IMG/VR virus record: IMGVR_UViG_3300045412_000547 | Length of the DNA stretch: 64,000 bases | From: a virus | Strand: one strand, 5' to 3' | In this document: piece after piece, positions 57,526 through 64,000 of the stretch | Numbering within the stretch: the first letter of the stretch is position 1 | Layout: each line of letters starts with the position of its first letter | Program-made: the position numbers and the translations under genes | The notes under the pieces: model-generated | What the model saw: the letters and a program-made list of their open reading frames with translations, nothing else | The model's database searches: none | Told to the model about the DNA's origin: nothing

Positions 57526-60500
57526 TTATTCTGGATAAGTGGGTAGAGGTAGAGATGTTGCTTGCGGAATGCTAAATACTTTAGAATTAGTTCCAATTAA
57601 GGTTCTCGACTTACGTCTTGAATGCATAATACTTAAAGTTCCATAAACATTAGATATATCATAAAAGACAAAATCATTACTATTGTCATAAGCTAATGCA
57701 GTTATATAGCTGCCGGAGTCTGTAATAAAGTAGCTATTATAGTTAAATATTTTTTTAGACAAAATATTTAAAGACGGAAAGCTGTCTCCATAAAAATAAT
57801 AAAAATCTTGTGCACGAGCTGTACTTACATACATATATTTAGTATCAGCTAAAAATATATCTTCATCTTCAATGTATGAATTTTTATCTCTACCTATTTC
57901 TGGGTAATGAAGAAGCTTATTACATTCAAATGTTATGTTATTGTTTTTGAAGACGGAAAGGGGAAGAAAAAAATTATCTAAATAACCGAGTGAAATATTA
58001 TTAGAAATATGACTAAAAGAACTTAAGCCTATACTAACTGAAGACAAGCTATAATCGACAGATTGATCTAAATTAAAAATATTATTAGGATCAATAAATG
58101 TAAATACTATTTTATTATTATCAATTTTAAATGAGCCTCCTGTGTTTCCTATTGTAACGTTTGCAGCACTAAGGGAAGAATTAAAACGTTGACCAGAAAG
58201 ACCAGTATATATGTAAAGATCAAGGTTATTAACTTTAAGGAAGTTATATAATGAACCAGAAAACGGAATTATAAAAGTATCATCATATGTTAAATTTTCT
58301 TTATAAATATTTGTGTTATTTAACAAAGCAGAATAAAGATAAGGCACACTTCCTTTACTTAACACTAAAGACGTATCTACTGTTGGAATAAAAAGTGTAC
58401 CTGGAGCGTTTCTTAAAGATTTTTTTAATTTTACATGGTTTACTTGATCATAGGTGTAAGAAGTGTAATAACTGCTTAGAGCGGGAGGTATTTTATTATT
58501 CCACCCATCTTGAATCCAAGTATAATTTACTAAATATACATCACCGGTGTAACCAAGAGGGGATGTGTTAAGCATTAAAATGGTTGGTAAATTGTTATAG
58601 AAATTATCTTGTAGAGGTATAGCGGTGGTGGTATATACAAGACTATAATCAGGGCCGTTTCCTGGATTTGTAATACATGCATATACAGCAAATGAAAAAG
58701 GTGTTACTTTATTATTACTATCTTTTTTAATAAAAGTTTTTTCTAGAAAATCATATTCAACAACTGTGTTAAAAAGCCTTTTTGCAGATGAAAGACCATT
58801 ACTATAGCTGATTGTATAATTTGAAGATAAAAACGAATAAGGCGAATTTGTAAGCTCAACAACGCCTGCACTGATATTTATAAATTGACTGCCAGAAACG
58901 GGTAGCGTAGAAACAGAATACCAGTATGAATTAATATTCCAACTAGTTGGTATAATTGTAAGAGTATACTGATAATAATATTCGTTTGTATATGTTTGTC
59001 CTGTTCCGGTAAGAGGATGATTAATACCCCATACAGGCATTTTATCGTAAAAAGGAGCACCTACAAAGTTATATTTTGGAACATCCATTTCAAAATAATA
59101 TCTAAATTTTTCAGATTCTATGTTGAAAAATGAAGATAAGTTGAGAACATGAGCAGGAACAACTAGGGAAGTTAGAGCATGGACTCTACTAACTCCTTCC
59201 CCATATATATCTGACCATATAGTTGTATCTGCAGGAATATATGCTGGATATAATGAAGTCAAGATAGGTGAATGTGAATAAAAACTTGACGGTATATCAA
59301 AAATTGTTATTATATTGTCCTGAAACTCTGGATCTAATTTCCAGATAGCAACATCACCATTAAAAGAGGAAAGATGTAATGGCTCATTCATAAAGCCGGT
59401 TAATGCCGCGAGATCTACATAAAGACCGCTTAATTCCTTTGCATAAGCATTATATGTACCAGTTAATTTTGCAAAAGCTGTCTTTACTATTTTTGAATTA
59501 TATAAATCTTGTTGATTGTTATATGAATCTAAGTTTGTTTTTACTTGATATAAATCAATTATAATACCAGCACCTATATTGTTTTTATTATCAATAGAAA
59601 AACCATAATTTCCAAGTGCACAGAGGACATTAAATAGCGTAATTGGATAAAATTTTTGCCCGTTATTTTTAAAATTTATGCATTTATATGCTATAGTAGT
59701 CCCCCCCGGGGACCAAGGATTTCCTCCCTCTAAGAACTGAGATCTAGGTATTTTAAGATTATTGATATTACTTGATAGTTGTGGATAATAATTTACAATA
59801 AAATATTCACCGGGGTTAAAGTTGGCTGTAAGGGGTAAATTATATAAATTTAAATCAAAAATTGCAGATGTGGGAAATGCGGGATCTACTAATACGCCTG
59901 ATAACTTTAGGGGTGACGAAAAATTATTTCCAAAATTTCTAAAATTATTTGCTAATACATTATTAAAAGTATCATTTGTATTAGGTATAAACGTAAAGTT
60001 ATTTGTATCTGGAATATAATTTACTAAGTTCTCAAACCCGGAAAGATGGGATAAATAAAATAAATCGTTTTTGTAAAAACCGGTATTTACAGGTATGACA
60101 TTACTAGTTAATGAATTTAATAATGTTTTTATTCTTATAAATGAATCGTACTCACCAATATTTCTAAATAGCGTTGCAAAATCAAACGTTATTGGGCTGT
60201 AGGAAACATATTTTGGTAAATATTGAAAATATGATTGATTATAAAAATCTGGATAAACTTTATCATTTTTATTATCATTGTATAGTAAATTAAATACATC
60301 TTCTTCCCTATCTACAAGGATGGATTGAAATGAAGTTATTCTGTAAGAGTACGGTGCTTTATTTACAGCATATCTTAAATTAATTGTAGAAAGAACTCTT
60401 GCGTAATCAGAGGTAAGATAGGATGTAGATGGTATTCCGGTAATTCCGTTTAAAATTGTTTTATTTGAAATAATACTTGTAAGATAACTATGTTTTTGAC

Positions 60501-60852
60501 GATTGGTTGTTATTGAATTAAGATATTCGCTAAGACGAGTCCTGCTGCCGTCTTTAAGTGTTCCTATAATCTCGTAAAGGCCCCAACCGCTCAAATGCGG
60601 TGTTGATACAAGTGGTGTAAATGTACCATTAACAGAAGAATCATATTCACCGCTTAGAGTTGGAAATAAAGAAAATTCAATTTTTTCCCAATTCAAATTA
60701 TTCTGAGGAAAATCTTTATTTACAAATTTTAATTCACCGGGTATATAGTTATTCTGTAATCCAAGAATTAATTTTTTAAAATCATCTTGTGAAGGACGGT
60801 CCCCAGTCTTAAAATTAAACAAACTATTGTTAAAAAAATAATTAGTAGACAT
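57526..60852 (-). CDS. Large putative tail/baseplate structural protein
   Basis: FKTGDRPSQDDF..LI N-terminal motif seen in tail-associated proteins; Tyr/Asn/Ser-rich beta composition. Confidence 0.55.
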   Translation of the reverse strand: MSTNYFFNNSLFNFKTGDRPSQDDFKKLILGLQNNYIPGELKFVNKDFPQNNLNWEKIEFSLFPTLSGEYDSSVNGTFTPLVSTPHLSGWGLYEIIGTLKDGSRTRLSEYLNSITTNRQKHSYLTSIISNKTILNGITGIPSTSYLTSDYARVLSTINLRYAVNKAPYSYRITSFQSILVDREEDVFNLLYNDNKNDKVYPDFYNQSYFQYLPKYVSYSPITFDFATLFRNIGEYDSFIRIKTLLNSLTSNVIPVNTGFYKNDLFYLSHLSGFENLVNYIPDTNNFTFIPNTNDTFNNVLANNFRNFGNNFSSPLKLSGVLVDPAFPTSAIFDLNLYNLPLTANFNPGEYFIVNYYPQLSSNINNLKIPRSQFLEGGNPWSPGGTTIAYKCINFKNNGQKFYPITLFNVLCALGNYGFSIDNKNNIGAGIIIDLYQVKTNLDSYNNQQDLYNSKIVKTAFAKLTGTYNAYAKELSGLYVDLAALTGFMNEPLHLSSFNGDVAIWKLDPEFQDNIITIFDIPSSFYSHSPILTSLYPAYIPADTTIWSDIYGEGVSRVHALTSLVVPAHVLNLSSFFNIESEKFRYYFEMDVPKYNFVGAPFYDKMPVWGINHPLTGTGQTYTNEYYYQYTLTIIPTSWNINSYWYSVSTLPVSGSQFINISAGVVELTNSPYSFLSSNYTISYSNGLSSAKRLFNTVVEYDFLEKTFIKKDSNNKVTPFSFAVYACITNPGNGPDYSLVYTTTAIPLQDNFYNNLPTILMLNTSPLGYTGDVYLVNYTWIQDGWNNKIPPALSSYYTSYTYDQVNHVKLKKSLRNAPGTLFIPTVDTSLVLSKGSVPYLYSALLNNTNIYKENLTYDDTFIIPFSGSLYNFLKVNNLDLYIYTGLSGQRFNSSLSAANVTIGNTGGSFKIDNNKIVFTFIDPNNIFNLDQSVDYSLSSVSIGLSSFSHISNNISLGYLDNFFLPLSVFKNNNITFECNKLLHYPEIGRDKNSYIEDEDIFLADTKYMYVSTARAQDFYYFYGDSFPSLNILSKKIFNYNSYFITDSGSYITALAYDNSNDFVFYDISNVYGTLSIMHSRRKSRTLIGTNSKVFSIPQATSLPLPTYPE

Positions 60853-61228
60853 AAATTTTATTTGTTAAGTTTAAACTAGAACAGATATTTGTTACAGTAT
60901 CTATATCCATGGTCCCGGTTTGCTCTATAGTAAAGTATTTACCAGTAACATTGGTAACAGAGGTATAAGTAGAAATTACCCCAGCTGTTAATAAGCTAAA
61001 CATTGTTGCAAAAAAATTATCTCTATTAGCGTAAGTATAGACTAAAGACGTGAAGGTATTAATTAATTCATATCTTCTATTTTTTAAGGTTTCAGGAAAC
61101 CATTGATAATCGTAATTTGTAAAACTGTCTTCGAACCATTGTCTGTTTAAAGTATTACCTTGTATACAGGAAAGAGGATAAAAGTGCAAGTCTTTACCGA
61201 AAAAAAATTCTACTCTTGAAAACGCCAT
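60842..61228 (-). CDS. Putative virion structural protein
   Basis: 128-aa ORF translationally coupled on both sides. Confidence 0.5.
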   Translation of the reverse strand: MAFSRVEFFFGKDLHFYPLSCIQGNTLNRQWFEDSFTNYDYQWFPETLKNRRYELINTFTSLVYTYANRDNFFATMFSLLTAGVISTYTSVTNVTGKYFTIEQTGTMDIDTVTNICSSLNLTNKIYVY

Positions 61229-61692
61229 TATCTTGACTCACTATTAGTATTAGTTACCCCTGCATTAATATTTTTTGGTAAAATTGAAGTATTATTTGTT
61301 TCAGCTTTTTTCGCTTCTTTCATATATTCCGTACCAATACGAATCCCTTCATCCCTAAATTCTGGATTTTGATTCATAAACTCCCAAAAAATTCCAACTA
61401 ACGCACTCACAGCGTTCATACTATCTTTACTTCGATTTTCACTTGCTTGGTTTAAGGTTTCAGATGTTTGTACTATTTTAACAGTATTCGGATATTCTTG
61501 ACTCAATTCTTGAGCTGTTTTATTTTTAATTTTATCTGTTACCATTCGAGCCCTGTTGTCATTAGCTTGCAAACCGGACGCTAAAATAACAGAGGCAGCA
61601 ATAACAGCTTTTATTTTATCTAGCATAGTACCTTCTTCTAAAACATAAATTTGTTTATAATTTTCGTATATATTAATTATGTCTAAATTCAC
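61228..61692 (-). CDS. Hypothetical late protein
   Basis: TATAAATA (minus) at 61701-61708; DIINIYENY..LEEG start followed by a hydrophobic segment. Confidence 0.55.
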   Translation of the reverse strand: MNLDIINIYENYKQIYVLEEGTMLDKIKAVIAASVILASGLQANDNRARMVTDKIKNKTAQELSQEYPNTVKIVQTSETLNQASENRSKDSMNAVSALVGIFWEFMNQNPEFRDEGIRIGTEYMKEAKKAETNNTSILPKNINAGVTNTNSESR

Positions 61693-61718
61693 GACATATA
61701 TATTTATATAAAAAGAAG

Positions 61719-62170
61719 TTAAAACGATGTGGAAAACAAAACTTTATCTACAAATTCTTTAGTTTTATTTTTACCGATAAGTGCCAGAGGGCGCCCAAGG
61801 TTTTAGGATTTTGTCTTTGCTTTAATATATTATTAAAGTCTTTTGGTGGGCTTATAAAAATGAAGTCGGGTGAGAAAAAGTCGGCCCACTCGGGTAATGT
61901 CCTCTGATACTCCTTTAGCTCTTGGCACAACTGAGATAGATATATGTTTTTTTCCTTTGAATATGTTATGTCGCAAAATATGCCGGTAATATTGCCGTTG
62001 AGTGCTATCAAATCGAAACCAAAAATGCCACATTCGTGAGAATAGTGAGGGTACGAAACGCAATGTATCACCGATATTCTTCTGTTTGAACTTTGAAAAT
62101 ATTCTAAGTATCCGTATATTATTTGACAATTTGCGAAAAACCAATTTTGCCAAACGTGCTTTCCTTGATA
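61719..62170 (-). pseudogene. Degraded ferredoxin-dependent bilin reductase (PcyA/PcyX-like)
   Basis: One frame reads WQNWFF...YLEYF...VIHCVSYP...IFGFDLIA...FCDIT...RTLPEWADFFSP.FIFISP...QRQNPKT; after a 1-nt shift LIGKNKTKEFVDKVLF; no in-frame N-terminus. Confidence 0.7.
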
Positions 62171-62173
62171 CTA

Positions 62174-62314
62174 TCATAGCTTTATTTTGTCAGGATGTTG
62201 GGCATCCTCAGCGGACTGTAAAGTTGGTACTTCGGGATATTTTGTCTCTTGTTCTTCAACGGACAAAGGTGAGCAACCTGCAAAAATTAAAGACAATAAT
62301 ATTACTTTTTTCAT
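62174..62314 (-). CDS. 46-aa lipoprotein
   Basis: Not in ORF track; MKKVILLSLIFAGCSP (lipobox FAGC). Confidence 0.6.
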   Translation of the reverse strand: MKKVILLSLIFAGCSPLSVEEQETKYPEVPTLQSAEDAQHPDKIKL

Positions 62315-62409
62315 TTACTCAAATTAAAAACTTTTTGTAATTATTTCTTTTTTTGTCAGATTTTTTATTAGTGTTTTCATATTTGCATCTTGATATATTA
62401 AATATTAAA

Positions 62410-62589
62410 GTGAAAAGTTTCAAGGTTTTTTATTTAGAAGAAAAAAGAAAAAAGCGGAAGAAAAAAAGAAAAAGAAAATCTTTCTTTCGTCCATATGGTT
62501 GGTGGGGATGGGGTCCGGGTTATTACGGGGGGTTGCCCGGGGGAGGATATGACGGAGGATATGAGGGAGGCGATAGTGGGAGTGAGTAA
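62410..62589 (+). CDS. Small Lys/Arg- and Gly/Tyr-rich peptide, possible internal head protein
   Basis: GTG start after TTAAATA; MKSFKVFYLEE-KRKKRKKKRKRK-...GYYGG. Confidence 0.55.
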   Translation: MKSFKVFYLEEKRKKRKKKRKRKSFFRPYGWWGWGPGYYGGLPGGGYDGGYEGGDSGSE

Positions 62590-62840
62590 TGTTATACAGA
62601 AAAAAGTATTCTGATTGTAGGTTATTTTGGATTGTAAATCCAATAAATAACCATACCAAGGAATTATATCTAGTATGGCTTTTTGATAAGAATCGATTTG
62701 GGATACGCAAGTATTTTGTTTATAAAAATAATGCTAGAAAACCGCCCTTCACTGATATAATACGAATATATGATATTGATGAACGAGATCGTGTTAGATT
62801 TACGGAAGAAGGCATTTCAATAGCTGTCGAGACTAAATAA
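62589..62840 (+). CDS. Hypothetical protein
   Basis: TAATG-coupled 83-aa ORF. Confidence 0.45.
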   Translation: MLYRKKYSDCRLFWIVNPINNHTKELYLVWLFDKNRFGIRKYFVYKNNARKPPFTDIIRIYDIDERDRVRFTEEGISIAVETK

Positions 62841-62918
62841 TTACATGGGCACGTTCAGTGTGTTTGAAATATTTTATTATGTTACCATTGCATTAGCTGT
62901 CTTCTACGGGCTAAGTTA

Positions 62919-63068
62919 ATGAGTGCATGGCTCATAGCTGTAGTCACTGTGCTATACGCCAGTATATCTATATCTTACTTAATAAAGGGCAATTTTGGTA
63001 TGGCTTGGATTTGGGGTGGTTATGCTTTTGCTAATGGCGGTTTTCTTTACTTAGAGCTTAATAAATAA
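62919..63068 (+). CDS. Small two-TM membrane protein
   Basis: Not in ORF track; MSAWLIAVVTVLYASISISYLIKGNFGMAWIWGGYAFANGGFLYLELNK. Confidence 0.55.
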   Translation: MSAWLIAVVTVLYASISISYLIKGNFGMAWIWGGYAFANGGFLYLELNK

Positions 63069-63148
63069 TTGATTTATTTCATACGTACAAAGGAACCCCT
63101 TCTAAGACTTTTAGGATACTTTCTTTGCAGAAAAGAAATTTTATTTAT

Positions 63149-63541
63149 TTAAAGACTTATTGCAAACCCCTCATAAGTAAAATTTTGTAAGATATCTTTT
63201 GTCATTCCTCGTTCTTTACAAAACTTTTTATAAATGACGTATTCGGATTTTTGATCTATGTTTAATTTAGATATATCCGGTCTGTGTCTAGGTTTATGAG
63301 CTTGTTCTATAGACCAATAACGTATTTCATGGGCATGCTCGTAATATGTATAGTTTAAATTCAACTTGATGCAACCATCTGGATTCCTGCCTGAAAAAAA
63401 CCCATCCCAATCCGCCATCGTGATATTATTAAAAATAACAAGCCCCGGAAACCATCCGCCCGGATTCCATCCGTTTGCATAACCTACCTCTACCAGATAT
63501 GGCTTAGTTGCACCGTAACGATAGTATTTAATATACCTCAT
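63149..63541 (-). CDS. Hypothetical protein
   Basis: 130-aa ORF coupled to the upstream gene. Confidence 0.5.
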   Translation of the reverse strand: MRYIKYYRYGATKPYLVEVGYANGWNPGGWFPGLVIFNNITMADWDGFFSGRNPDGCIKLNLNYTYYEHAHEIRYWSIEQAHKPRHRPDISKLNIDQKSEYVIYKKFCKERGMTKDILQNFTYEGFAISL

Positions 63542-63864
63542 TTTTTACTTCTAAAAAATAAGTTTGTCCTAACAATACTTTTGGGTATGCCTTCTTCACT
63601 AAAAAATTTTATCAAATCAAAAACATAATCATATGTTGTTTTATTTAGTACATCATTAAATAAAAAATTTTCATGATCGGAACGAGGACTTGTCCAGCCC
63701 TGGGAATATGCATACCAAGGCAATTCATTATATTTGAGTTTTCTCTGAGAATCTAAATTTAATGGTACTTTGTAAATTCCAAAACAAGTAAACGCATCTC
63801 TTTTAGTTACTACAAACTCATTATTGAGGTTATTAAGAGGTATTTTCTGAACTTGGTATTTCAT
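63538..63864 (-). CDS. Hypothetical protein
   Basis: 108-aa ORF. Confidence 0.5.
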   Translation of the reverse strand: MKYQVQKIPLNNLNNEFVVTKRDAFTCFGIYKVPLNLDSQRKLKYNELPWYAYSQGWTSPRSDHENFLFNDVLNKTTYDYVFDLIKFFSEEGIPKSIVRTNLFFRSKK

Positions 63865-64000
63865 ATACTAAGAGGTATTCCTTCCTGCGAAAAAGGACGT
63901 AAAGCATTTACACAAAAATAATTATAATAAACATTATAATAAGATTGAGAAACGTAGTTACCGTTTTCACTTTTCAATACATATCTTGTTTTCAATAGAT
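63861..64000 (-). CDS. 3' end of a hypothetical protein (truncated at window edge)
   Basis: Open frame ...ALRPFSQEGIPLSI* with ATGA overlap into 63864. Confidence 0.45.
   Translation of the reverse strand, partial: LLKTRYVLKSENGNYVSQSYYNVYYNYFCVNALRPFSQEGIPLSI

Noticed and set aside
61833-62340. ORFs 61833-62177 (minus) and 62002-62340 (plus) as real genes
   Set aside because: They overlap the bilin-reductase remnant and the lipoprotein in other frames and show no motifs
1-64000. Alternative genetic code (stop-codon reassignment)
   Set aside because: Core genes are full length in the standard code and TAA, TAG and TGA all end genes at expected positions
1-64000. tRNA or rRNA genes
   Set aside because: No cloverleaf or T-loop signature found in the short intergenic regions inspected by eye

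Overview
AT-rich segment of a large, divergent T4-like (myovirus) phage genome, probably environmental; two small genes hint at a Verrucomicrobia/PVC host (inference). It holds core T4-type genes (gp47 partial, gp55, uvsW, uvsY, gp62, GroES-like, gp15, gp20, gp13, gp4, gp21, gp22, gp23, gp5-like, nrdA/nrdB), dispersed 7-deazaguanine genes (folE, queD, queE) plus a compact operon dpdA-like TGT / PurN-like formyltransferase / Nmad1 / P-loop kinase / queF, a glycan cluster (GT2, GT7, GT11, NodZ/GT23, GT10, methyltransferases, GDP-mannose 3,5-epimerase) followed by a DUF366 gene, phoH, guaC, a mucin-like Thr/Pro protein, tail/baseplate-like genes and a decayed pcyA/pcyX-like bilin reductase. Most notable: (1) a 7-deazaguanine operon whose accessory genes suggest nucleotide-pool (pre-replicative) G replacement, possibly with DUF366 involved; (2) a ~90-nt structured non-coding element with two UUCG hairpins, alternative folds and a G-quadruplex-like tract downstream of nrdAB; (3) a possible GDP-L-galactose virion-glycosylation system; (4) about 14 late genes sharing capsid-targeting-like N-termini, including enzymes; (5) near-universal leaderless gene starts. 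All family calls come from motif recognition by eye; no searches were run.
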